DNA of 64,000 nucleotides from Minisyncoccia bacterium (GTDB lineage Bacteria; Patescibacteriota; Minisyncoccia; Phycocordibacterales; UBA918): the NCBI GenBank assembly GCA_041742075.1, contig JBGSJJ010000004.1, forward strand, positions 35,900 to 99,899, written 5' to 3'. The translations under genes were made by a program, and so were the position numbers. This document shows positions 40,138-49,779 of the stretch, piece after piece; position 1 is the stretch's first letter, and each line of letters opens with the position of its first letter. The notes beneath the pieces are model-generated. The model was given only the letters and a program-made list of their open reading frames with translations. It did no database searches and was not told the DNA's origin.

Positions 40138-40821
40138 TTACAAGGTTTTAAGCATCTGTCGCATCATTTCTATCTCCGCTGTCTGTGTCTCCATAATCGC
40201 CTTGGTCAAGTCAGTCATTTCCTTGTGTTCGATGTGTGGTTGTACGCTCTGTGCCATCATTATTGCTCCCATGTGATGCATGATCATGTCTTCCAAAAAT
40301 ACCTTATCCAAAGCAGCTCCACTTAATGCTGATAGGTCGCGCATCATTGGTTTGTAGTCTTTAGGATCAGCTACATATGCTTCACCATACCAGCTCTGGT
40401 ACCAACTTTTCATCATAGCGATTTCTTTCTCTTGAGCCACCACAATATCTTCAGCCAGATTCTTAATTTCAGGCGTCGAACCACCACGTGCGAGCACTTC
40501 CTTTGCAGTATCTACTGCTTCTTGGTGATGTGGAATCATCCCTTCGAGAAACTCACGTTCACTTTTCACCATCATCATTGAGTGATCCATACCTCCCATC
40601 ATGCCCATACTAGAATCAGTGTTACTGGTCGGTGTCGTTGGTTTCCCCATAAGTGACCCGTCAGGCATACGGTGCATCCCAGCTGGAACATCATCTTGGG
40701 AATGCATCCCACCGTTCATGCCCATTGAGTAATCAGTGGATTTGGTATTAAAGCTATATGCAACTGCTCCAATAACAAGTACAGCGAGTCCAATAATGAT
40801 TATGATTGATTGATTTTTCAT
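40138..40821 (-). CDS. DUF305 (CopM-like) Met/His-rich metal-binding protein
   Basis: FLEGMIPHHQEAV and FLEDMIMHHMGAI ferritin-like repeats; N-terminal TM. Confidence 0.9.
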   Translation of the reverse strand: MKNQSIIIIIGLAVLVIGAVAYSFNTKSTDYSMGMNGGMHSQDDVPAGMHRMPDGSLMGKPTTPTSNTDSSMGMMGGMDHSMMMVKSEREFLEGMIPHHQEAVDTAKEVLARGGSTPEIKNLAEDIVVAQEKEIAMMKSWYQSWYGEAYVADPKDYKPMMRDLSALSGAALDKVFLEDMIMHHMGAIMMAQSVQPHIEHKEMTDLTKAIMETQTAEIEMMRQMLKTL

Positions 40822-40831
40822 ATTTATTTTG

Positions 40832-41377
40832 TTACATGACCATGGTCATACTGTTAAGCATCAAAAGCATCCAAAGACACATACCGATCATGAAGGTTGC
40901 CTCAATGATTGTGACGGTTGAGAGTGGGAGTTTGAAGTATGTGCCAAGACACACACAGTGGAGCGACTCTTTCTTCATGAGTGACTGCAAAGCTCCGAAT
41001 AGACTAGCGCTGTATATAAACAGAGTGATAAGTGTCGCAGGAAAAATCAAGAGCTGGAGAATAAAGAGGATACCGAGGGTAATTTCTAAGAACGGATATA
41101 CCTGAGCGTATACAATGCTTTGCTTAGCCAGTGGATCATATTTAGCAAATCCTTCTGCAAAACCAACTACGTCTGATAGTTTAATAACTCCAAAGAATAC
41201 CAGTACCCAACCCATCAGGTGGGACATATAGTCTGGGTACATATGGAACTGTACGGTATATAAAGAAACGACTGCGGCCACAACGTAGATTAGTGCAATT
41301 GGCCAGTATGACCAGATACTTGCGGGAGTTGCATGATGTATTTTAACCGTACTGTTTGTTGAATGATGATGTTCCAT
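40832..41377 (-). CDS. MauE/DoxX family membrane protein
   Basis: GFAKYDPLA, YPFLE, CVCLGTYFKLPLS. Confidence 0.8.
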   Translation of the reverse strand: MEHHHSTNSTVKIHHATPASIWSYWPIALIYVVAAVVSLYTVQFHMYPDYMSHLMGWVLVFFGVIKLSDVVGFAEGFAKYDPLAKQSIVYAQVYPFLEITLGILFILQLLIFPATLITLFIYSASLFGALQSLMKKESLHCVCLGTYFKLPLSTVTIIEATFMIGMCLWMLLMLNSMTMVM

Positions 41378-41379
41378 AT

Positions 41380-41643
41380 TTATTTTCGTTTTAAACGATA
41401 CACTTGTAATATTTCTCCAACAGGTTTCTTTACGTCTCCTGACTTAATTTGATTCACTACACAATGTGAAAGGTGCTCTTCAAGTAGTATGTCTTCAATA
41501 TTTGAAAGAGCTTGCTTTACGGCTGAAGTTTGCGTGATGACGTCAATGCAGTATGCATCTTTCTCAATCATGCCCTGCAGTCCACGTACCTGTCCCTCGA
41601 TTATTTTAAGACGACGGACTAACTTCTTGTGTGATTCTTTCAT
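41380..41643 (-). CDS. csoR: CsoR/RcnR metal-sensing repressor
   Basis: RRLKIIEGQVRG, YCIDV, HLSHCV (Cys-His-Cys). Confidence 0.92.
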   Translation of the reverse strand: MKESHKKLVRRLKIIEGQVRGLQGMIEKDAYCIDVITQTSAVKQALSNIEDILLEEHLSHCVVNQIKSGDVKKPVGEILQVYRLKRK

Positions 41644-41653
41644 ACACACAAGT

Positions 41654-41671
41654 ATACCCCCTAGGGGGTAT
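41654..41671. promoter_or_regulatory. CsoR operator
   Basis: ATACCCCCTAGGGGGTAT palindrome directly upstream of csoR. Confidence 0.88.
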
Positions 41672-41715
41672 TTTGTACAAGTATTTGCTTCGTGAAATAT
41701 TACCCGTGAACTATA

Positions 41716-41831
41716 GGGGAAACGGTCACTCTCGTGGATATTTTAGTTCACTCCACTCCTAAAATATCTCACTCACTCGACCCCCACTCGTGTCGACCCA
41801 GAGGGTCCTCGACACTCGGTTCGATTCCCCG
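41716..41831. repeat. 116-bp direct repeat, copy 2
   Basis: Identical by eye to 39848-39963. Confidence 0.92.
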
Positions 41832-41883
41832 CTCGTCTCACAAAATACAATCATTGAAACTAACGTTTCAATTTCATTATTTT

Positions 41884-42062
41884 GTGGACTCACGGGGAAT
41901 GATCCCACGGTCACTAAGTAGAATTGTTCGCTTCACTCCAATTCTTCTAAGTTCCGCTGGACGCGCCTCACTCGCCTGACGGCATCGCTCCGGCGGTTCG
42001 ATTCCCACGAAAGGCGCGCAGGCGCCTTTCTCGTGAGCCCACTCGCTCACTTTGTTCACTCG
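41884..42062 (-). repeat. tRNA-Ala 3' fold-back element
   Basis: Antisense and sense copies of the tRNA-Ala 3' end around a module containing CGCGTCCAGCG. Confidence 0.8.
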
Positions 42063-42133
42063 TGGACTCACGGGGAATCGAACCCCGGACTCATCCATGC
42101 CATGGATGCGTATTACCTCTATACTATGAGCCC
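42063..42133 (-). tRNA. tRNA-Ala(GGC)
   Basis: GGGCTCA/TGAGTCC acceptor with G3:U70, anticodon arm CATCC-ATGGCAT-GGATG, TTCGATT loop; no encoded CCA. Confidence 0.95.
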
Positions 42134-42240
42134 AAAATGGTGTGGGCGTTATTGTACTAGAATTTTTAAATATTGCACCCAGCCAATTGACCTGTGGATA
42201 AAAAATACTAGCATGATTATTTTAAAGGCGTATACTAGTA

Positions 42241-42422
42241 GAGCCGGGGTCATTCAATCCCTAGCAAAACCAAGCAGGGAGACACGTCCCTGCGCCAGAG
42301 CTCTCGAACTATATTGTGTACTTTTAAAGTACAAACACAATCTAGCTCCAGAGCTCTTTTTATATACGGCTCGTACGATAAAAATAAACCCGAGAAGCTG
42401 TTGCTTCTCGGGTTTATTTTTA
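42241..42422 (+). ncRNA. Candidate structured small RNA
   Basis: TATACT at 42231; closing stem GAGCCG/CGGCTC around internal hairpins; terminator near 42380-42422. Confidence 0.35.
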
Positions 42423-42437
42423 AGGTTGTACCTATGG

Positions 42438-43319
42438 TTAGACCTTTTCAATCTTGGCTTCCGCCTTGAGTCCTTCTAGAATTACGGCAATCTGCTCCTG
42501 CTCTTTTTGGTTTTTGATTTCAGCAATTACCTGGTCTTTAACTTCAGCTAGAGGTGGAATACCGGCTTCTTCACCACCAAGCGAATCATAGAATGCCTGT
42601 ACGTCAGCATCGCTCACTTCGACTGGAGTAATTTTTGTATCGAGGTACGCTTGGATATGGAGGTTATCGGCAATGTTTTTCTTTAGTGTTTCGAGTGTAA
42701 GCTTGTACTGAATGAGTAGTCCATCAAAGGCTTCCTGACCACCATTTTGAGTAATAAGGGTGTCAATTTCTTTTTGTACTACCTCATCGCTCGGTCGGTC
42801 TACTGAAGCACTGGCTGCTTGTCTTAAGAGTTCATTGTTGATAGTAATTTCGTAGGCCTGAGTTTCAATCTGAGCCTTGACGACCATGTCGTTTAAGTCC
42901 ATGCCATTTTGTGCTGCTCCTTGTGAAAGTTGTGTGGCACTTTCTTCAAGCGCCCCTCGACTTATCGCTACTCCATTTACATAAGCAACAGCCTCAGAGG
43001 ATTGCTTATCAGTCAGTTCCCCTGTTTCGGCTTCTAACATCTCAGCTTTATCTGGTCCAAACTGTAGGTAGGCCACCCCCGCTAGAGCCAGTACGACAAT
43101 GGCTATCCCAGCAAAAAAGTAAACTGACCGATTATTGTTGGTTTGGGTGCCAGCAGTAGAGGTAGTCGTTTGAGCTGGTATTTCGTCGGCCATATCGACA
43201 CTCGAAGTGGGAGCCAGGTCGGCAATATCAGCTGTATCAACAGAAGCGGGCTCTACTGGCGGGAGATTTCCCTCAGTGTTTGGTTCGTCTTGTGGATGTA
43301 CGTTTTCTTTCTCGTCCAT
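42438..43319 (-). CDS. SurA N-terminal/PrsA-like foldase-domain protein
   Basis: TM, AVAYVNGVAI, VSDADVQAFY, LKAEAKIE. Confidence 0.8.
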   Translation of the reverse strand: MDEKENVHPQDEPNTEGNLPPVEPASVDTADIADLAPTSSVDMADEIPAQTTTSTAGTQTNNNRSVYFFAGIAIVVLALAGVAYLQFGPDKAEMLEAETGELTDKQSSEAVAYVNGVAISRGALEESATQLSQGAAQNGMDLNDMVVKAQIETQAYEITINNELLRQAASASVDRPSDEVVQKEIDTLITQNGGQEAFDGLLIQYKLTLETLKKNIADNLHIQAYLDTKITPVEVSDADVQAFYDSLGGEEAGIPPLAEVKDQVIAEIKNQKEQEQIAVILEGLKAEAKIEKV

Positions 43320-43426
43320 ATACTAAATGCATTATTTCGTTACCTCGATAATAAGTATGTACACAGTATCACGTCTGATAATTTTGTCATGGGGGTACTC
43401 ACAGTCGCCCGTCATATGTACGTGCC

Positions 43427-45832
43427 CTACAGAGCAACGTCAGCTATGTCAAGCGTAATCAGGTCACCTTTTTGAATTGTTCCGCCAATAATCTTTTGGG
43501 CTACCGCTTCCTCAATCACGTCTTGAATAACTCGTTGCATCGGCCTTGCACCAAAGACGGGATCATATCCCTTATGAACGAGTGCTACTAAGAGGGCTGG
43601 TGTAATCGTGAGTCGATACCCCTGACTCTCAATCCGTTCGCTTAAGGAACGTAACATAAGTTGCGCCACCGACTGTTGCTGGTTTTCTGATAAGGGTTCA
43701 AAGATAATAGTGTTGTCAAAACGATTTATCAATTCTGGCCTAAAGATGCCCTCATCGATTATCTTGTCGATAATCTCTCTTGAGAGAGTGTTTAAGTCAA
43801 CGCCGGTTTGGAGAGCATCAATAATATGTCTACTTCCCGCATTACTGGTGGCAATAATAATGGTGTTGCGGGCATTGATGCGGTTGCCTTGCCCACTGGT
43901 GAACATACCCTCATCAAGTATTTGGAGAAATACGTCGTGCACGACGCGAGTAGCCTTCTCAAGCTCATCAAGGAGAAGTACCGTGTACGGATGTTCTTGG
44001 AGCAGTGCTGGCAATACCCCACCCTCCTCACTGTTACCGATTAAGTGACCGAGTCGGTCTTCAGTACTGTATTCGGACATATCAAGCCGAATCATTTTTT
44101 CTTCGTCACCAAAGAAAGTATAAGCCAGCGCTTTTGCAGTCTCAGTTTTTCCGACACCGGTTGGTCCAAGGAAAAGGAATGAACCAAGCGGACGTTCACT
44201 GTTTACTATCCCCGCCCGTGCCCGGCGCATGGTGCGGGCAATGGCCGTCAGGGCAGCATTTTGACCGATGACCCGCGCATGAAGGGTTTCTTCTAAGTGG
44301 AGTAAGAGGTCGCGCTCACCTTGGGTAACGGGACCAACCGGCATGCCGGTTTTGGTAGCAATTATGCTGTAGATAGTTTCCGCCGTATACAGCCCGCCTT
44401 CTGGCGTCCGACTGGCAATGTCGGTTAAGAGCATCACTGCCTTGTCTGGCATAACGCCGTCTACCAAATAGCGGTCTGCTCCAATCGCAATCGCTTCAAG
44501 CGCCGGGTAGGTAAAGATACCGTTTTGCTCATTATGAGGCGCAATTGATTCCAGTAGTAAAATGGTGCTCTGTTGACCAGGTTCTTCGATGAGGATTTCA
44601 TCGAAGCGACGGACAAACCCAGGCGACTTAGAGAGGACATTATGAAAGTTTTGTGGTGTATCAAGCGCAATCACATGGAGTTCTGGCATTGATAAGTACT
44701 GATCCAGCAATTCCGGAATATATACCCCAAGCGCCTCAGCTTCTTTAATAAACGTACTGATGTTTTCTATAACAAGCGTAATGTTTCCCGCTCGGGCTGA
44801 TTCATTCATGAGGACAATAAAGGTCCGCTCAAACTCTGACTTGTCACTATGTGTGGAGAATAAAGCATCGGTATCAAGCGCGATAAACACCTGGTCCATT
44901 ACAGACGTAATCGCTTCGCCACGCTTGATGCGATCAGCTAAGGCAATCACGATGTCCATCTTACCGACCCCTTCGGCACCCACTATGAGGGCATTGGCTG
45001 ATTGATTGCGCGCTAAAGCTTCTTCGAGCTGTAGCACAAACGGAAGGGTAAAGTCATAGTTGCGAGTGAGGTTGGCAAAAACAGCGGAACTGTAAATGCT
45101 CTTGGTGTATTTTTGAATATAGTAGGTGTGCCCATAGGTAAGTGAACGACCAAGGCCTTGGGTTTGTGAAAGCATATCTTTGCCCCACCAACGCTCCCTC
45201 CGCTTATGGTTGTGAACTGAAAGTACTACCCAGGACAGCGCACCGAGAAATTGTTCAGGTTGTACTCCACTGGTTGCTAATACTTGCTTGAGACTTGTAT
45301 CATTTTGCAGTAAATAGGTACCGATAGTTATGAGCGTAATTAAGTTTGACCCATCAACCGGTATTTGCTCGGCAGTGATAGGAGTGCGTGGTGCAGTAAG
45401 GTACGCAGATATCTGCTCCGGACGAAGGCCACTTCGAAGGAGCACTAGTTCACCAAGTCTAGAAGTAGCAAACCCTTTGCCGATATCGTCTTGACTGTAG
45501 CTCAGCGCCTCGGCTACCTCATACGTACTGCCCTTTACCGGTCTTTTATCTAGACCAATAATGCTGTTAAGACCAAAGAAGTAAAAATAATTATGGTAGC
45601 TATAAATAAGGAGCTGTTCGATCCAAAGCGCCGTGCTCATGAGAGTAATAGCAATTACATAATTGGCGTAAACACTTTGACCAAGCGCGGTAAGACCAAT
45701 ACTGGCTAGACCGGTTAGAAGGGCGATACTAGCAAAAAGAATCCGCAGGCGGTGCATCCAAGGGCGCGCCAAAATGTTGCCAAGATTGACGGCTGGGCGG
45801 TGGTGTCTAATGGCGTCTTTAAGGCTATACAT
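43427..45832 (-). CDS. ClpA/B-family AAA+ ATPase with N-terminal TM helices
   Basis: GAEGVGK, MPDKA, FLFLGPTGVGKTETAKALA, LDMSEY, FRPELINRFD, GARP. Confidence 0.9.
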   Translation of the reverse strand: MYSLKDAIRHHRPAVNLGNILARPWMHRLRILFASIALLTGLASIGLTALGQSVYANYVIAITLMSTALWIEQLLIYSYHNYFYFFGLNSIIGLDKRPVKGSTYEVAEALSYSQDDIGKGFATSRLGELVLLRSGLRPEQISAYLTAPRTPITAEQIPVDGSNLITLITIGTYLLQNDTSLKQVLATSGVQPEQFLGALSWVVLSVHNHKRRERWWGKDMLSQTQGLGRSLTYGHTYYIQKYTKSIYSSAVFANLTRNYDFTLPFVLQLEEALARNQSANALIVGAEGVGKMDIVIALADRIKRGEAITSVMDQVFIALDTDALFSTHSDKSEFERTFIVLMNESARAGNITLVIENISTFIKEAEALGVYIPELLDQYLSMPELHVIALDTPQNFHNVLSKSPGFVRRFDEILIEEPGQQSTILLLESIAPHNEQNGIFTYPALEAIAIGADRYLVDGVMPDKAVMLLTDIASRTPEGGLYTAETIYSIIATKTGMPVGPVTQGERDLLLHLEETLHARVIGQNAALTAIARTMRRARAGIVNSERPLGSFLFLGPTGVGKTETAKALAYTFFGDEEKMIRLDMSEYSTEDRLGHLIGNSEEGGVLPALLQEHPYTVLLLDELEKATRVVHDVFLQILDEGMFTSGQGNRINARNTIIIATSNAGSRHIIDALQTGVDLNTLSREIIDKIIDEGIFRPELINRFDNTIIFEPLSENQQQSVAQLMLRSLSERIESQGYRLTITPALLVALVHKGYDPVFGARPMQRVIQDVIEEAVAQKIIGGTIQKGDLITLDIADVAL

Positions 45833-45836
45833 AATA

Positions 45837-46226
45837 TTAGAAGATAAGAAGCAAGATACCCCACACAAAAAGACCCACGATAAGACCCGGTGCAGTAAGC
45901 CAGAAGATATAGATAAACAAAAGTGATACTACCTCAATGAGGAGCGCTAGAAGGCCGATCAAAATAATGATTCCTCGTACGAGTGCACCGAGTAGTCTGG
46001 AGAAGAACCCGATTACAACAACTCCGGCGATAGCTTCAAAGTCGAATTTTCCACCACTGGTTTCAGTCATTCGCTTCCATGGTGCAAAGAGTGAACGAAG
46101 CAAAAGTGGTATGGAGAAGAAATGGACGGTGAACCACAGCATGTTTTTCCAAATATGGAGAATCAGCCAGAGGGCAATCGTGTAATGCCAGACCAAATAG
46201 TGGTTAAGGAAAAGGAGCGAAGTCAT
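45837..46226 (-). CDS. Small membrane protein coupled to the Clp ATPase
   Basis: FFSIPLLLRSLFAPWKR; ends 4 nt before the Clp start. Confidence 0.7.
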   Translation of the reverse strand: MTSLLFLNHYLVWHYTIALWLILHIWKNMLWFTVHFFSIPLLLRSLFAPWKRMTETSGGKFDFEAIAGVVVIGFFSRLLGALVRGIIILIGLLALLIEVVSLLFIYIFWLTAPGLIVGLFVWGILLLIF

Positions 46227-46320
46227 ATATATAGTATAGCGTGCGGGGCGCGCGCTAAAGGCGCCCCCCTGTGTATCGCTCGCCCACACACTTGCAATCT
46301 CTAGTGACTATGCTTAAATA

Positions 46321-46519
46321 GCCAAGCCATGAGTTTTGGCCGTAGTCGGCAGGGATGCGTACACCCACCCCACCCCTCGCTTCCTCGCATTCTGTCGACT
46401 ACGAATACCCCCCCTGTGGTGTGATCAAGGAGGGTTTGGGCACACCCATCGCTCAAATCCAGACCCTCCTTGGTTGCACTGTTCCGGTCCGCGTCATTTT
46501 GACCGGACTTTTTCTTTTC
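46321..46519 (+). ncRNA. Candidate sRNA with two C-rich-loop hairpins
   Basis: Two long stems with ACACCCA..TCGCT loops, then a U-tailed terminator. Confidence 0.45.
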
Positions 46520-46558
46520 TATCGTTGTGTTTATGTTGCCAGCTACTATAATACGGAG

Positions 46559-47356
46559 ATGAAAATTTACTCCTGGAACGTCAATGGTATTCGCGCGGTC
46601 CATAAAAAAGGTGCCTTACAGTCGTTTATAGCCAAACATCAGCCAGATATCCTTTGTTTGCAAGAAACTAAGGCCAATCAGGACCAAATTGAGGTAAATC
46701 TCCCAGAATATGAAGAATATTGGTGTTCCGCCGAGAAAAAGGGTTACTCCGGGACGGCTATTTTTACAAAGATCAGTCCAGAAGACGTATTTTATGGCCT
46801 ACCGTCTCATATTTCAGACAAATACGCCTTGACTGACCAATATGGTGACACGACTACCGAAGGTCGGGTCACAACCCTGGAGTTTGCGGACTTTTACGTG
46901 AGTACCGTGTACACCCCAAATGCCAAAGACGACCTGTCGCGTATCCCAATGCGCCTCGCTTGGGACCCAGCCTTTTTGGAGTACATGTGCGAGTTACAAG
47001 AAAACAAACCCGTCATTTTTTGTGGCGACTTAAACGTCGCCCACCAAGCGATCGACCTCGCCCGGCCCAAAGAGAATGAAGGCAAAAAGGGTTTTACTTC
47101 CGAGGAACGAAAGGGTGTCGACGCCATGCTCGAAGCAGACTTTTTTGATACCTTCAGACACCTCAACCAAGCCGGCGAAAACTACACCTGGTGGTCAGCT
47201 TGGGGTGGCGCCCGCGAACGAAATGTCGGTTGGCGGATAGATTACGTGTTTGCTTCAAGTCCACTTAAGTCGCTTCTAAAGTCAGCGCGCATTCATGCTG
47301 ACGTGATGGGCAGTGACCACTGCCCGGTCTCTATCGACCTAGCCCTTGAGCTGTAA
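46559..47356 (+). CDS. xth: Exodeoxyribonuclease III
   Basis: SWNVNGIRA, LQETK, GDLNVAH, GWRIDY, GSDHCPV. Confidence 0.96.
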   Translation: MKIYSWNVNGIRAVHKKGALQSFIAKHQPDILCLQETKANQDQIEVNLPEYEEYWCSAEKKGYSGTAIFTKISPEDVFYGLPSHISDKYALTDQYGDTTTEGRVTTLEFADFYVSTVYTPNAKDDLSRIPMRLAWDPAFLEYMCELQENKPVIFCGDLNVAHQAIDLARPKENEGKKGFTSEERKGVDAMLEADFFDTFRHLNQAGENYTWWSAWGGARERNVGWRIDYVFASSPLKSLLKSARIHADVMGSDHCPVSIDLALEL

Positions 47357-47459
47357 ACTCATGCTTTTACAACCACACGAAAGAAAAATTTGTCAAACAG
47401 TGTTTCGTGAATACTCAAAAAAGCCTTATTATAGTTGATATAATCAGGCAATACAAAAC

Positions 47460-47547
47460 GTGTCTTTTATAAAGGACACGTAAAATAAGTTATCAACAGT
47501 TATCCCCAATAATGTCCTTTACACTCAGTTATAAAGGACATACTATA
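47460..47547 (+). promoter_or_regulatory. Sigma70-type promoter overlapped by TGTCC/GGACA palindromes
   Basis: TTTACA-17bp-TACTAT; palindromes 47460-47479 and 47512-47541; DnaA-box-like TTATCAACA between. Confidence 0.6.
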
Positions 47548-47551
47548 CATG

Positions 47552-47982
47552 AAGGCCCAGAGAGGGCGAGCAGAGGTATCCGAAGTTCTCACCGGAAGCA
47601 CAAGCTTCTACCGAGAGCTTCGGATATTTCCCTTAAAGAGTACCTTCAAAAATTAATGAGTTAATACCTCCAACTCTAAGTTCATAACATCCCACCAAGT
47701 AAAGCAGTTGATTGATGGGTAGTAACAGGGAGACGAATCAGTGGAGACGGATTCGAATCCCGGTGACTACCCATTTAAGTCAACACAATGTTCACATAAA
47801 TACTATAAGAACAAAAAACTTTACACAAAGCACTAAAGAGCCACCTATTGGGAAATCTCACTGAGATACCCCACTGAAGCAATAGTCTTCATCTTAGGCT
47901 CGAAAAACCAAAGGCCTAGGGCAACCGGCAGCAAATCACCTTTCACCACTGATTAGCTTCCGATTACCCTAGGTCTTTTTTA
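47552..47982 (+). ncRNA. Candidate large structured ncRNA (~430 nt)
   Basis: No ORF of 60 aa or more; three long bulged hairpins; last followed by T-run. Confidence 0.45.
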
Positions 47983-48115
47983 TTTCTAGACTCATTTCTG
48001 GCACATTGCTTCACAAATCAGGCATAATTTTTCCTCGCTGTATGTCTATATACCACTCGTAAAAATTATACCTGATTTCTTCGCACTGCACTCAGAACTG
48101 AGTCTAGAAATTATT
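47983..48115. repeat. Long bulged palindromic element (family B-like, diverged)
   Basis: tttctagactca...tgagtctagaaa outer stem; aaatcagg-ataatttt/aaaattat-cctgattt inner stem. Confidence 0.6.
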
Positions 48116-48249
48116 AACACCGTTATCGATATGTGAAAAACCGGACAAGAGTAGTTTGAGACACAAGATCATGTCGTTTTGTGGATATGGTCACCCACAG
48201 GTACTAGGACCAGCCCCGTTTATTCAAAACGGGGTTTCGCTTTTTCTAA

Positions 48250-49719
48250 TTATACGTTGTGTTCCTTGGCTATTTCAGCTAAGGCCGCCGCTTCCTCCTC
48301 AGCCTGTTTGGTTTTTCCTGCCTCAGATAGGGCTATCAGTTCAGCTTCAGGTAGTGCCAGTAAAGCTTTGGTGCGTTCCTCGAGGTAGTCTGGCGTATTC
48401 TTGCTGGTATCAATCAGTACCTCTTCTAGTAATGCGTGCAGTACATATCCTAGTCTTTTCCCCTGCTTTTCCCCAGAGATTTCCATAATTTTATCCCCAG
48501 TTATGTTGAGTAGTTTTACTGAAATTGGGTCGCGTAAGGCCTCATCTACCATGGCTTTATACTTGCGAAAGCGGAACGGCTGTTCTTTAGGTCGACCCGT
48601 ACCAATCCGATCACAGACTCGTAAGTTAAGCAGGTTATCAATTTGGTCTTCACCAATCCGGACAATAGTCCGCCTGACTGCCGAGAGCGTGATTTCGTCA
48701 GGGTCCGAGAAAAACATGTGCCAACGAACCAACTTCTCTACCGTGTCTATTAGTTCGCGCGGTAGCTTTAATCTATCGAGGATTTTCCTAGTCATTCTGG
48801 CTCCAATCACCTCATGACCAAAGAAGCTGTATTGCTTATTTTTACCACCTTCTCTTCGACTCGCCGGCTTCCCGATATCATGAAGTAATGCAGCGAGGCG
48901 CATTTCAGTACTGTACCCTTTGTCTGCGGCCGCCTGCAGAGTTCTAAGGAGGTGCTCATAGACGTCGTAGGCATGAATACCGCCCTGCTCGCAACCTATC
49001 GAAGCCTTAATCTCTGGTAGGACTGTATCGATAAGTCCGAGTCGTTCAAGAAAGATAATACCTTGCATTGGGGTCGGTGAGTCGATAATGCGGAGAAACT
49101 CTCCCGCCACTCGTTCGATGGAGATACGTTCTATTTGCTTGTTATTTCTACTAATAGCCGCCATGGTTTCTGACTCAATAATGAAGCCAAGTTCTGACGC
49201 GAGTCGTACTGCGCGCATCATGCGAAGCGCATCTTCTAAAAAGCGTTCGTCCGGGTTACCTACCGCTTTAAGACGTTTTTCGGCAATGTCTTCCCTGCCA
49301 CCATAAAGATCAACCACTGACTGGTCTTTGATGCGGTACGCAATAGCGTTTACGGTAAAGTCTCGGCGCGCGAGGTCATCATGTAGCGAGACACCAAAAG
49401 CCACGCTGTCAGGCCGGCGAGCATCACTATAGCCACTTTCAGTTCGGTACGGAGTTACTTCAACGACTGCTAAGCGCGGGTCCACGGCGGTTTCATTTTT
49501 CACACCAACCGTACCGTAGTCATTATTGCAAAAGCTATCAGGAAAGAGCGCTTGAATCTGGTCAGGATGGGCACTCGTGGTAAAGTCCCAGTCCTTAGGT
49601 ACTTTACCGAGCACGAGGTCCCGCACACAGCCACCAACTATATACGCTTCAAAGCCACCCGATTCGAGCGTATTAGCGATAGTGTGGACTTCGGGCGGTA
49701 TGTCAGTCAAACGAATCAT
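48250..49719 (-). CDS. cca: CCA tRNA nucleotidyltransferase with HD domain
   Basis: VGGCVRD, DWD, RRDFTVNA, EDALRMMRAVR, LHDIGK. Confidence 0.93.
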   Translation of the reverse strand: MIRLTDIPPEVHTIANTLESGGFEAYIVGGCVRDLVLGKVPKDWDFTTSAHPDQIQALFPDSFCNNDYGTVGVKNETAVDPRLAVVEVTPYRTESGYSDARRPDSVAFGVSLHDDLARRDFTVNAIAYRIKDQSVVDLYGGREDIAEKRLKAVGNPDERFLEDALRMMRAVRLASELGFIIESETMAAISRNNKQIERISIERVAGEFLRIIDSPTPMQGIIFLERLGLIDTVLPEIKASIGCEQGGIHAYDVYEHLLRTLQAAADKGYSTEMRLAALLHDIGKPASRREGGKNKQYSFFGHEVIGARMTRKILDRLKLPRELIDTVEKLVRWHMFFSDPDEITLSAVRRTIVRIGEDQIDNLLNLRVCDRIGTGRPKEQPFRFRKYKAMVDEALRDPISVKLLNITGDKIMEISGEKQGKRLGYVLHALLEEVLIDTSKNTPDYLEERTKALLALPEAELIALSEAGKTKQAEEEAAALAEIAKEHNV

Positions 49720-49779
49720 AGATAGGGGTATTGTAACAGATGTAGGCAGTAAAATTTTTAAAGATTTATGACCACACCG

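Noticed and set aside
39827-42479. ORFs 39827-40063, 41734-41979, 41877-42098, 42033-42479
   Set aside because: Translations of repeats and tRNA sequence; no protein features
46355-46558. N-terminal extension of xth in the ORF track
   Set aside because: Homology begins at MKIYSWN (46559), which has its own -10 box; the upstream part is structured non-coding sequence
47716-47774. tRNA gene (GGATTCGAATCC, GGGTAGT/ACTACCC)
   Set aside because: No D or anticodon arm; folds better as one long hairpin
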